NCBI RefSeq assembly: GCF_009914755.1
Contig: NC_060925.1
DNA from: the human T2T-CHM13v2.0 reference genome, Homo sapiens
Length of the DNA: 64,000 nt
Direction: 5' to 3' (one strand)
The translations under genes were made by a program, and so were the position numbers. Shown here in pieces: positions 12,484-24,610 of the stretch (its first letter is position 1; each line of letters begins with the position of its first letter). The notes below the pieces were generated by a model that was given only the letters and a program-made list of their open reading frames with translations, searched no databases and was not told where the DNA came from.

Positions 12484-14855
12484 CTAGACCTGCATGTTGT
12501 TGGGGGAAACATCTGCAGTCTCGCTTTCTCCTTGCACCATATGCTGTTGCTTCTCTCGGGTTTCAGTGAAATCAGGCTTCACTGGAAGTGTTGCCATCGC
12601 CTGTAGACTCTCCGGACTCAATTCCCTCTCTCCCTCCCGTGATAATCCTAATCGGAATTTTTCAGCTGCTCCTGTCTCCTGCCTCCCATCGCCACTCCCA
12701 GTGGCTGCCTCCTGGCCCTCTGACCCTTCCTCTTGCTCCTGTCCTAGCCCTGAGGTCTTCCGCTCCAGGGCTCCTGGAGTGCCCACCCCAGCCTCTGTTG
12801 TATATGTCACTGTCATCTCCTCTGCTGCTGGCACTTCCTCCCCACTCCGTGCTAATTCCTCTACCACCACCTTCCCTGCAGCTGCTGTTTTTCCTACTAA
12901 CTCATCCTGTTGGTGCCAGGTTTCTTCCTCAGCAACATCTGAAAAGGAGGAGGCTTTATTTGCTATTGTTTTCTCCTCGGCTGTCTCCGAACCTGCCAAC
13001 ACCTCCCTCTCCTCTGCGGCTGTTTCTGCCGTTTCACCACCTCCGTGTAGAACTTCCACAGCCACAACCCTTCCTCCTCCCATGCCCTCATTCTTTTGTG
13101 TGTTTCCTTCTCCTTCCATGTCCCCGTCCCCTTCCGAGTTCCTGTCCTGCATCGCTTCTGTCTCCAGAGTGCACTCTTTGTCCTCTTCCTCCTCTGGGTC
13201 CTCATCCACCGCTTCCTCCCTGAACTTTTCTGCCATTATGGGATCTTCCTCAGCAACAGCTTCCTGGGTCCTTAGCACGACATCCACTCCTCCTTGCCCT
13301 TCAGCTCTCCCCTCCAGTCCTGCGCAGGAGTCGTGATCTTTGGCTGCTAGCTCCTCTGCCTGGCCTGTGGCTGGGATCAGCCCCTCAGGGGCCTGCACCT
13401 TTCCTGCTGGCTCAGCTTCAGGAGCTGCTAAGGCCCCCTCTCCATCTTGGCGGTGCCCTTCCTTCAGGGCCCTATTCTCCCTGCTGGACAGCTCTTCTCT
13501 GTCTTTGTGCTCTGTGTCTCTGGCTTCACTCAGTCTTTCCCCTCCTTCTTTCCTCAGAGCTGTTATGTTTTCCAGCGACTTTTCAAATCCAGGCGTTGCT
13601 TCAAATATGGGAACCACTGTCTCTTTTAGTGAATCTTCTCCTAGAAGCCCTGGATTGTCAGACAACTCAGAAGCCTCCACAGGTGCTTCGTTCTCAGCAT
13701 CAGATCCCATTTCATTTGGGGGAGCTTTTGTCTCTTCCTCAGCTCTTACTTCTGTCTCTGTTTCCCCTTCTTCCGCTTTAAGTTTTTGCTCTTCTTTAAA
13801 AGCATCTTCATCCTTGAGTGCATTTGCCCTTGTCACCTCTTCTCTCTCAGAGTCAGTTTTCCTCAGAGATGTTTTTGGCCTCTCAGCTTTCCTTCGCTCT
13901 CTTGCTAAATCTAATTCCTTGGGTAAAATTTCTTTCCTATCATCTTCCCTATTAGCTTCTGCCTCAGTCACCATCTCTTCCCCTTCCACATCTTCCTTGC
14001 AAAGGAAGGCTTCCTTTGCAAGGCTTCCTTCCTCAGGGCTGCCCTCCGAAACCTGCATCCGGCTTGCCTCTGCCTCTCCTGTGAAGGGGCTCAAGCGTGT
14101 TTCTGTTCTCATAACCTCTTTTCTCTCTTTGGCTGGTTCCTCTCCCCCAAGAATTGCCTCTTCAGAACCGTCCTCTCTCTTTGATGCTGTGTCCTCCATG
14201 GGTCCTGTGTCCTCTAGGTCTATGGATGCTTCCTCTTCACTTTCTCCGACATCACTCACAGCCACCCCACCCTCAGCCTCTCCCTCCTCCGATGTCGCTG
14301 CCTCTCTCAGGGCTGCTACTTCATGAAGATGCTCCAAGTTCAGGGCTGCTGCTTCATTTGCAAGCACTGCCTTCTCTAAACCCTGTTCCCCTTCAGAAGC
14401 TGCTTTGTCTGTCTCAAGCACTGTGAGCATCAAGGCTTGCTTTTCAGGAGCCTCATCTTTACTCAGACCCACAGCATCTTTTGCTGCTGCTTGTCCTATG
14501 GGGTCTGACCCCCCTTCACCCAGCCTTCTGACCCCTTCTGCTTCTGCTGCTCCCTCTGCCCCCCTTTCTATGCCTGGAGGGATCTCCCTTTTTTCTGTAA
14601 ACTCTTCTGCCAATTCTGGCTGCTCTGCTGTTGGCTTCCACGCCCTCAAGGGAGCCTCATGAACAGCTCCTGCTTCTCCCCACAGTGCTGCCTCCCCTTT
14701 TCCCTGTACTATGTCAGCATCTCTGTGCTGGGGCGCTTCATCTTCCTCCATTGCTTCTTTCTTCTCCAGTGTATACGTTTTTTGCACCAATTGCTGGGAT
14801 TCCTTGTTTGAGTTGATTGCTGCTGTTTCATCCACCATGAAATTCATTGTTGGTG
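12484..14855 (-). CDS. ERICH3: ERICH3 giant last coding exon (exon 14), Glu/Ala/Gly-rich disordered C-terminal region ending …ADVSPNNMQV*
   Basis: 810-aa ORF 12484..14916, of which the first ~20 residues are intronic. Acceptor ccttatttttatag|CA CCA ACA ATG at 14855, stop TAG at 12486-12484. The exon continues 18 nt to the donor ACG|gtgagt at 12466/12465. Confidence 0.96.
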
Positions 14856-15357
14856 CTATAAAAATAAGGTTAGAAATCAAGATTACTTTAATCCAAGCGA
14901 ACAAGGGAGGGGACACTATAATCTTATATCACACTTATTTACAGTGTGAGATATTTATATGTGATATCAAGAGGCCATTGTATTATATATAAAACACTTT
15001 CTCCATTGTTTCTAGGATGCTGACTATAACATGCACCATGACTTAATAATGGTTTTTCATTATGAAAAGAAATGTCTTCAAATTTAAGGAACACATTGAT
15101 ATTAAAGAAAAGCTGATCATCAGAGATGTTTAAAATAAGCAGCAATAAGCAAAAAAAATCTCATGTCCCCATGTCTTGGAATCAGCAAAATCTCCACCTC
15201 ACTCTTTCTCTTGGCTTCCTCTTTCTCTCTCTCTCTCTTTCACATACATACAAGCTTCCTTTCTTAGAAATAATAATAAGTGGAAAAAATTATGCAATAA
15301 GAAAAATAGCATTTAATCTTCATATAAATTATTATTTTATTTGTCTCTTTTTCTCTC

Positions 15358-15648
15358 TTTTTTTTTTTTTTTCAGGCAGGGTCTCGCTGTGTCACCCAGG
15401 CTGGAGGGCAGCAGTGTGAACGTGGCCCACTTCAGCCTTGATTTCCTGGTCTCAAGCAATCTTCCTGCCTCAGCCTCTTGGGTAGCTGGGACCATAGATG
15501 CATGCCACTATGCCAGGCTAATTTTTTTGTTTTGTTTTGTTTTGTTAGTAGAGACAGGGTCTTTCCATGTTGCCCTGGCTGGTTTCAACTCTTGGATCTC
15601 AAACTCCCAAAGTGTTGGGATTACAGGTGTGGGCCACTGCACCTGGCC
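15358..15648 (-). mobile_element. AluJ
   Basis: Poly-T, then cagggtctcgctgtgtcacccaggctggag…ctcccaaagtgttgggattacaggtgt…cctggcc; diverged, with J-type features. Confidence 0.9.
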
Positions 15649-17369
15649 CTGAACTCATTATTTTCTGTAGCAGCATAATATGTCTGTCTTCTGCATGTGT
15701 TTCTGGTACTCACATGGGCCTTTAGCAACACAATCATTATACAGTGTGAACTGATGATTCTCACTCCCAGATGATAAGCTACTATATCTAGATTTAGTCA
15801 TCACAAATTGAGTCTTTAGTAAAAAGTCTTACCTTGAGCTACATAGGTAAGTCTTACCTTGAGCTACAAAGCTACAAAGACACCAATTTGCATTACCTCT
15901 CACCTGTGTTCAGAAGCTAACTTGCCTTTGGCAAGACAGGATCACAAAGCAAGATAGGACTTTGCAGACCGGGACAGTTTTCAGCATAAATAATCTTCTT
16001 AGAGTACAAGTGTTCACCCATAATTTCCTGGTAAACCTGGGTGCACAAGCTATCATAGTTCATAGTTCAATAAATATAGGTTTGATATGTTTTTAATGGA
16101 ACAAAGTGGATTTTTTTACTATTAAATAAAGTTATATATATGTTGCAAGTAAAATAAGTAAAGAAAGGCATGTCATGCCAAACACCTAAAGCATTTCAAT
16201 TTCCCAACTGCAGAATAGAGGTTAGGGAGCTAGAAGCTTTGAAAAGGTTCATCTTAATAATTTATATCAATTTAATCTTTTTTATTAATTAAAAAATCAC
16301 TGGACTAGATTTTATAAAATAAGTTATCATACCAAGATGTCAAACTCTAACTTAAAAAAAAAAAAACTTATAAAGTAGGCAAGTATGATGCTCCTCATTT
16401 GTTTTTTACTTGCTTGCCTTCTTGGCTAGCCATCTTACCCCCAACATCATCACCAACAACCTACCAGAAGCCTGAAGTCCTGATCTTACTCACTTCTTCT
16501 CTACTTTATACCCCATCCAAGACTGTCTTACCATTTCATTACCGCTTCTAACACAAAACACGGTTATCGTTTGTTGCATTTCCTCAGTCTCTTGCCAGCT
16601 ATTATGATAAAGCATTTTGAGGTAAAGCAATAATAGCTGATATTACATTTCCCTTAAAATGTGTTTGGAAGGTAATTTGTGATGTCTCCTTTCAAAGGAG
16701 TAAAATAAAAATTTCAGGTCTATCAATAGGGCTGAGGTTGACTTTACAGGTCATCCTCTGCTTATCACAGCAGTTATTTCCTAACTTTTACCTAAAAGCT
16801 TCCAAAGCAAAATGTAGAATCAAATATTTGTTCACAGAACATATAGCCAATTCACCTGAGAGAATATCGTCCATTTTATTTCATTACAGATTATTACCGT
16901 ATTTGAAACAAAATTAAATTGAAACAATAGGAAACAATAATGTGTGTCAAGTCTCTTTAATAGTGTATCTGTTGCTATTCAAATTCCTGCATGAAAGTAT
17001 ACTAAAAAGTCAGTTATAAAAACATTTAAAGAAAGTCTTCTGTTTTTCTAATCTGGTTTCTAAATTTATGGATTAATTAAAGAACATTCAGGGAAACAGG
17101 GAAATAAAATTGCCTAGCCACCATGTAGTAATATATTATGCCTAAATTCTAGGAGAGAAAGTGCTAATGGCATCCAGCTGAGATGTTATATGAACACAAC
17201 ACTATAAGGGTGTCAGACATGACGTTCCTCAAGCAAGGGAGAAAGAGTAATTGAAGCTTTTCTAAGAAATATTAGTATAAAAACATGACATTTTTTTTAT
17301 GGTAACCCCATGGGCTTTTGAAAAAATATTTAATATAAGAGAGCAAACAATATTCACAAACAATGGCAA

Positions 17370-17610
17370 TTTGATGAAGTGGAATGAGTGTGTACTTGGA
17401 AGTCAGACTAACCTGGGTAAAAAACGCCAGCTCTGCCATTTACTAATTGTATAAACTGGGAAATAACACCTCTCTAATCTTTCATTTTCTTATTCATGAA
17501 ATGGGAATAGCAATGCTGTACTCACAGAATCCTTTGACAGTAAATGAGATAATTTATGTAAAATGCTTAGCATAGTGCCTGGCATAAAGAAAGCCCTAAT
17601 AATCTTCCTT
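17370..17610 (+). mobile_element. MIR
   Basis: cagctctgccatttactaattgt…ttcattttcttattcatgaaatgggaatag…taaaatgcttagcatagtgcctggca. Confidence 0.8.
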
Positions 17611-17692
17611 GTGCACACCTTTCATTGCTTACAAATAATTAGATTTTCTTGCTTGAATACAATTTGATCAATAACAACCAGTATCTCTGCAT

Positions 17693-18034
17693 TGCAGAAT
17701 AAATATTTGGGAAGGTGCACCTGAGTTCCTCTAGTTGAATGCCCATTATAAAAGATATGGGTTCTCTAAGATCATGGTGCCTCTCCTGTAAGTCAGCCCG
17801 CTGCACAATCAAGTGTTACCTGGCCCTCTTCATGTTGCCAAGTGAGAAATGGAGCTCAGGGAACCAGCATAAATACAGGTACTCTGGCTACTGCTATTTG
17901 CTATGAACAATAAAGTCCTTTTTCTCTGACTCAGGTGTCTTATGTCTTCTGCCATGATCCATAAAACTGTGGCTGGCTAAGTTGTTGCTTGAAAGAAGGG
18001 TAAAATCTCAAATGCCTCACAGTGCTTGATGACA
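17693..18034 (+). mobile_element. ERVL LTR (LTR40-like) fragment
   Basis: ctctggctactgctat…aataaagtcct…gggtaaaatctcaaatgcctcacagtgcttga 3' end. Confidence 0.6.
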
Positions 18035-18259
18035 ATTACTAAAATTGAAGGTGGGATAATGTGACCATATGATGAATAAATGAATACCTTTTCCTGCCAC
18101 CATACACATAAATATATTCAAATAAGCACACTTCTTAAAAGTCATTCAATAAATACTAGAAAGCCTAGTGATTTCAAGAACATGGGAAGTTTGACCAGAT
18201 TTATGAGTCATGGTCTGTTGGATCACTCTAATTGGACCTCTTGCAGATGGAATACTTAC

Positions 18260-18301
18260 CACCAAGAGCCAGGACATAGGCTAATGGCAATGAATCCTTT
18301 C
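18260..18301 (-). CDS. ERICH3: ERICH3 42-nt mini-exon (exon 13)
   Basis: poly-T tract…ttaactag|GA AAG GAT TCA TTG CCA TTA GCC TAT GTC CTG GCT CTT GGT G|gtaagt, encoding (G)KDSLPLAYVLALG(A). Phase 1-1, bridging exon 12 and exon 14. Confidence 0.9.
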
Positions 18302-18795
18302 CTAGTTAAAAAAAAAAAAAAGAAAAAAAAGGTCAAATGAATCACTGTGAAATGTACCATGGTTCTCCATCTCTCCAGTTGGGTCAGTTAAGGCAAATTC
18401 ACCTAGCTGTTCAACTATCTGGGAGGCAGGCTATTGAAAGAAGACTGATCTGAAAATTCCTACCAGTATTGTATAATCTAATGTTCTTTTATTTAATCCT
18501 AGACATCAATATATTCAAAAAATAATAATAAATTTATACCTGATGTTAGCTGTGAAGCTCTCCTTAGGGCCTGTCAACTACTTCTGGCCATTCTATTCCT
18601 TAGTTGAAAGAAAAAAAAAAAAGTGGCAGAAGGAAGAAACAAGAATAGGAAGGGTGGAAACAGGCCGTCTTTTGCAGAGGATTTCTGAAGGTTCTTCCTA
18701 GGTAATGATGTGCCCTTACTGCCACTTGTGTCAACCTCCAGCTTCCTCGGTGGCTTCCCACCCTCATCTTCACTGCTGACACCAGACTCAGCATC

Positions 18796-18875
18796 ACAGT
18801 GGCAGTGGTAGCCCAATGCCAAGGGTTCTGTTATTATCTGTCCAGCTTATTGGAGGTCACATAAAATATCAAAAG
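18796..18875 (+). ncRNA. ERICH3-AS1: Candidate first exon of antisense lncRNA (likely ERICH3-AS1)
   Basis: Plus-strand donor AAG|gtataa at 18875/18876 in a unique, relatively GC-rich patch. I recall an annotated antisense RNA starting in this intron. The 5' end is not determinable from sequence. Confidence 0.4.
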
Positions 18876-19646
18876 GTATAAAAACAGGTCATGGGAACAT
18901 TGCTGAGCTATTTCACATCATTTAAATAAGTGGGGTCAATTTAAGTGCATTTACATTAAAAGGTAGCCTTGGTTTAAAAATCTCTGAAGCATAAACAACT
19001 CCCAAGCTATGATTTCAAAAAGAAAACACAATACACAACAGAAGATCATGAAGTAAAGAAATCCATGCAGAGAAATACTTGCATTAAAAAAAGAGAGAGA
19101 GAGCAGCCAGGAGCAGTGACAGATTTGCCAAATGCACATGCAATGAAATAATTGAAAAAAACAGTTTAGTTGCATTTTCCCTTCTAGGAACGTGTGCTAT
19201 GGCTTTTATGACACCAATCATCACTGCTTTTCTAAATTGCTAAAACTACTAGAGCTGACTAAACTATGAGCATTTCATCCATTAGTAGATTTTAGTGATT
19301 TGACCCCAATATTCACTCCATGGGGACAGAAGCAAAAAAGCTATTACACGATTCCTATAAATTTGACAGTAAAAGCTATTGTAGAAATTCCTGAATTCCT
19401 GTTATCTGTAGTTGGTTACTAGCATAGACTTCAGGATCACAGAGACCTAAATTCAAGTCTCATATTACATACTAACCATATCACATTGAGTAAATGCTTT
19501 GGCCTAAGCCAACGCCTTGGTTTATCTGTCTGTCAAAAAGAGTTATCTATCCAATGGTTCTTGAGAGGATTAAATGAAATAATATAGAGAGAGCATCTTC
19601 ATCTTCCACTTATTAGCAAGTATCTAGGCACTTAATAATAACAGCA

Positions 19647-19679
<33 letters not shown>

Positions 19680-19685
19680 GTGATG
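19647..19685. repeat. (ATG)n microsatellite at the end of a MIR (~19400-19640)
   Basis: About 11 perfect ATG units plus a degenerate tail. Confidence 0.9.
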
Positions 19686-19935
19686 GGCATTTCTAAGTGT
19701 CATCACCCAGTGTGGTATGATTCTAGGCCAAAGTGTAAAGCCAATTAAATTTGTCTTTAGTTTCTGACAATTCCCTTTCTACATCCCTTGCTTATCATCT
19801 GATTACCCATATCGTGAATTCCATAAATACCTGACATTACCATTATATCACCTCCTTGTTAACAAAAGTTATTTCAAATAAAACTAGACTTAGATCTGTC
19901 TTCTGGGGTAAGAACATAGTATTTCTGAAACTAAC

Positions 19936-20096
19936 TTCTTTCCTTCCCTTTCTTCCTTTCTTTCCTTTTTCCCCCCTTTCTGTCCTTTTTTCCTTCCTTC
20001 CTTCCTTTCCTTTCCCTTCTTTTTCCCTTCCCTTCCCTTCCTTTTCCTTCCTTCTTTCTTTACTTCCTTCCTTCCTTCCTTCCTTCCTCCTCCCCC
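19936..20096. repeat. Polypyrimidine (TTCC/CTTT)n low-complexity tract
   Basis: About 160 bp of nearly pure C/T on the plus strand. Confidence 0.9.
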
Positions 20097-20789
20097 GATA
20101 TTCTGTTACAACGGATATAACGGATTTACTTTGAGAAAACAGAACTGGAATGCAGTTTCTTGCTTAGTTTAAAGTGAACTGCTAAGGGGTAATTACTTAC
20201 TGACCCCTCTGTATTTGGAAACGAATAGTGAAATACCTGCCTTAAATCGGTTTTGGAGGGAAAATTGTGACTTAACAATATTAGGACGACAAACAGAAAT
20301 GAAAAAGGGGAATAATATAGTTCAAATATATTCTCTTTTAAAAATATTTGAACTCAGTTTTCTTCATTCATCCAATATAACAAAAGTTTTTTACAATAAG
20401 AGTTTAGAGATTATATCGACTCAAGACAATGATGTAATAGTTGGATTTACTATCAAGTTTTCATTTTAGAAACTTGACAAACATAATACATGAGTTAAAT
20501 ATCATTTTACTATAATAATGTGAATACTGTATATCTAGACAGTTCAAATAAGCAATGTTTTAGGTTTTGCATATAAATTTATTTGGCAATTACATGAAGC
20601 TTCATTCCATCAGTGCTAAGACATCAAAGCTTTTTCCAAGTAGTCCACAGGGTATAAAAATATAGTCTATAATATTAATAATAAACAATAAGCAATTAGC
20701 AGGTACTGAACCAAAAGACTACTATAAGAAGCCAAACAATACTAACATCATCTGAAAATTAAAACTCACTCAGAAATGATAGTGAAGCT

Positions 20790-21224
20790 TGTAGTCCCTC
20801 TGTCTCAGGGATGTTATCACCACTTGCCCACGTCTGCTGGCTTGCCCCTGGAGGATTAGCCTTCGGAAGTAGATGAGAGCCTGTATAGTTAGGTGTTGCC
20901 TATTTCAGATTCAGCAAGAATGGGATGCTGGCCTAAGTATCAAGGACTTACTAGGTGTGAAACCAGAAAAGGCTTCACTTGGTCGTTTTTTCTCAGATGT
21001 TCTTCTGAAACTGAAACTTAAAAGCAAGAACTTGGCTGGTGTCTAACCTCAACTGTTTTCCACCCATAGTAAAAGAGGACTGTGCATGCTGAGACTCCCA
21101 TTTCAGCAATGTGACATATCACTTTGTTGCCTCTCTGTATTTAGCCCTTCATCCCCTAAGGCTCCTGTCTTTTACCTATCAATAAAGGTGACCACTGGAG
21201 GCAAAGGTGATTGTCAGTTCTCAC
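20790..21224 (+). mobile_element. Probable ancient solo LTR (subfamily not assigned)
   Basis: GC-elevated ~435-bp block bounded by TG…CA with AATAAA at 21181-21186. Confidence 0.4.
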
Positions 21225-21399
21225 AGCATTAGTTGCCAAATGGAATTGTCACACACAGAAAATTTCTTAGAAAGTCAGCTTTTTTTTTTTCACTCAAATG
21301 ATATAATGATACTTTAAGGTATTTTTTTAAATATCAAAATATTCTTATTTTACAATGTCAGCTTTTTAGTATAAAAACAAATATATTTTAAATAATATG

Positions 21400-23150
21400 T
21401 ATTGTATTTTCCCTAAATATGGAGACAGTATTTAGATAGATTATCCAAAGCTTGAAAAAACTAAAGGATACAAAGAAGAAAATAATTATCATAGTTTCAC
21501 TACTCAGAGAAGACTACTAGTTAACATCTTAATAGATTTCCAAGTATTTTTTACTCGATTCTTACTAAAGGTAGCCCTTAATATCCCACTTTATTAATTT
21601 AGCAATATATTGTGACTATTTTCCCATATCATTAAATTTAAAAGACTCTTCAATAACACATAAAACATTATAATAAAGTCTTACTAAATTTCGGTTCATC
21701 AATGTCTATTGTTAAATATTGAGCTATTTCAATTGTGATTATAAAGCTATTTTAAACACTACTTATAATCATTTTTGCACATATTTCTGACTATTCCCTT
21801 AGGACACATTCCTGGAATATGAATTGCTATGAATTTTTAGAAGCTTTTTATACATATTTCTAAATGTTCTTTTAAAAAGGAGGTATGATGAACAATGTCA
21901 TCAATAATGACTGAAAGTCCTATGTGCCTGCACTATTTTCACAATTTCCACCAATTCTTTCTTTATTTGATAATTTAGTAATTGAAAAGTGGTGGCAAGG
22001 ATAGAGCTGTCAATATTAGTAGCAAGCTTTCCTTTTGTGAATTTCCTGCTATACAATGTACATTCTTCTGTTATGATGTTTGCCTTTTCATTGATTTGTA
22101 AGAACTCTTTATGTATTACAGACATCAATCATTTTTTCCAGCCTTTATTTTAGATTCAGGGGGTACATATGCAGGTTTCCTACATGAGTAAATTACATGT
22201 CACTGAGATTTGGTGTGCAAATGATCCCATCACCCATGCAGTGAACATAATACCCAATAAGTAGTTTTTCAATCCACGGCCCCCTTTCACTTTCCCCGCC
22301 TGGTAGTCTCCAATGGTTATTGTTGCCATCTTTATGTCCATACAAACATAAATGTTTTGTCATATCCATCTGGCAAATATTTCTTCCAGAGTTTGTTTTC
22401 CTGTATAGTCGTATGTTATTTCTGTTATTGCAAAGAATTTCACATTACTCAGTACTATTTCTTCCAAATTAATGAATTTTTTTCAAATCCCAAACTATTA
22501 TTGTTAGGATGTGCAGATGTTCTACAACAAATTTTGGATTTAATCTGGCAAAAATTATCATCATCTTTAGTCTTCTATTCAAATAGTTGGAGTGATTTCC
22601 CATTTATCATATTTCTTTTTCATCTGCTTTGTGTGGAATAGCATATTTTTCTTATTAAGCCCATGTGTTAGGTTTTTCCTTCTTATACATTTCTTAAAGT
22701 CTGATTATGAGTATTTCTCCATTGCGGTTTATTACTTTTGTTGTTGTTGTTATAGTGTGAGTGGGGTGGTTCTTTGAGGCTATAGTGAGAAATTGGTCAC
22801 CTTACAAATACCACCTGTTGGCACTAATAATTGCAATTAATTAATTATCCAGTGAATTTTTTTCTCTTAGATCCAAGAATTATTTAGAGTACTGCTTTTA
22901 AATTTTCAATTTTTCTGGTGAGAGTTAATTATATTTTGTAAATAATTTATAGCTTTATTGCACTGTTATCATTTACTGTGGATTCAACAAATTCTGCTCT
23001 GTGCTGCTATAAAAAAGGCACATGGAGAATAATAGTTACATGATAAACCAACCTTCTAAATTATATTAATCATTTTTTCTATGTCCTTATGTATTATGAA
23101 AAGGACTGATGTTTATATTTATATACAAATGAGCGTTATTCATTTTGTAT
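21400..23150 (-). mobile_element. Old L1ME-type fragments with a younger L1PB/L1PA 3' end inserted at ~22135-22345
   Basis: ttttattttagattcagggggtacatatgcagg…gatcccatcacccatgcagtgaacat (L1P 3' UTR, antisense) within degenerate T-rich L1 sequence. Confidence 0.65.
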
Positions 23151-24610
23151 TTTCCACTAAGAGAGTGGATAGCTTCTTGAATGCTCTTAAATCCCATTGG
23201 GATGCAGATTTTCCTCAAAAACGTTAAGCTGAAATAGTTTCCAATTCCAATTCAGTGACCAAAGAGCTAGAGGAGAAAGGAAAGGAAAGTGGGGCTTTGA
23301 ACCCTCTTAGCAGAAATGTAATTCACTGCGTTACTTTTCTGTGGTTGCAAGAGCTTCCAGGCTTGGTTAGACAGCTACTCTAGTCTTGACATTGCCATCT
23401 TCTTTGTTATGGAAGTGCCTCTATGAATTCAGGGGAGAAGACTCTCTACCCACCAGTGTAGCTGACTTTTTGTTGGTGTTGCCTCACAAGCTTTCCTGGG
23501 ATGGTGGCAACAGTGGAGAACACTGAACAATTAGAGGCCAGCACACCGGCTTTTTACTTCCTCACGGCTCACCCCTGCTTCCAGCCTCTTCTAATCCTTT
23601 AAGTCTAGGATGATTTCTTTTTTAACTTCTATGAGGATGCTCCTCTTTCTCATGGGAAACAAACACAAGATAGCTCCTGATGTCTTTCTCTAATTTGCCC
23701 TCATGTAGCAAATTCCTTGGATTTTGTGACATCTGGATGGTACCTTCTTTAGATATAAAAACACACTTTTTAAACTTTGTAAAACATTTAAACTGCTATT
23801 TTTATACTTTCTTCCTCATTTAAAATACAACAGGGAAAAAAAATCAGGTACCTGAATTCATATTACCAAATGACATAAATTTCACAGTGTTTCTAATTAA
23901 CATTCTCCCTAAAAGTCGATTTATAGCCTTCATATCACTTGCTGCTATGTTAATGTAGAAACTTAGAAACTCACTGCAATAATTCAACTGCTTTTGTGGA
24001 AACAAATCAAATAACATATGAAAATTCAGGCCATCACAAGTGGGATGTAAAAGTTGATACTTTAATATCTACTAGTCAAGATGCAAATTGAAATATTAAA
24101 TATTTACTAAACAAAAAACATTCTTATGATCATTTTGAAGCATTATTTATGTGGTTTAAATGAATATTTTGGAATTTTTCAGGTATTTTTTACCATAAAC
24201 TTTGATTTAACAAAAAAATATTTAGAATGATGACGATGAAAGTTGTAATTTTTCAGGCCAAACATAGTTGCAGGGTAGCATTTTCTCTTTTCTGATTTTT
24301 TTTGTAATTCTGTGCTTATTTTGTTTCTTTCTTTCTCTTTTCTCCCCTGACCCTCCCACAATTTTACACATCCTCTAGGCCATTTTTCTCCTTTAAAACA
24401 ATGTAAACGGGGGCAGAACAAAGCCACAGTATTTCTGTCCTGTAGTTGCCAGTTCTCCATGGTAAAGCTTTAGATGTCATTGTCGGCCAGAGCAGATGAA
24501 GAGGAAAATATGCAGAGGCATAAGAAGGAAAGTTCAAGAAATCATCCAAGAGCTTCAATGTACTGTATATCTTGGGGGCTTCAGGGGTTTTGTTTGTTTG
24601 TTTGTTTTTA

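Noticed and set aside
14856-14916. N-terminal MSPPLFAWIKVILISNLIFI of the 810-aa ORF resembling a signal peptide
   Set aside because: It starts at a GTG and is simply the intron-13 polypyrimidine tract read in frame, upstream of the acceptor at 14855.
12494-14992. Long Ser-rich plus-strand ORFs (280, 328, 85 and 93 aa, all in one frame) antisense to exon 14, suggesting an overlapping gene
   Set aside because: In this frame a stop needs a Tyr codon after T/C, or a His/Gln codon after T, on the ERICH3 strand. These are rare in a Glu/Ala/Gly-rich exon, so long antisense ORFs are an expected shadow. There is no independent coding evidence.
15126-15678. ORFs over Alu elements (also 28504-28768 and 57333-57692)
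   Set aside because: These are typical Alu-derived translations ([22 protein letters not shown]) with no supporting exon structure.
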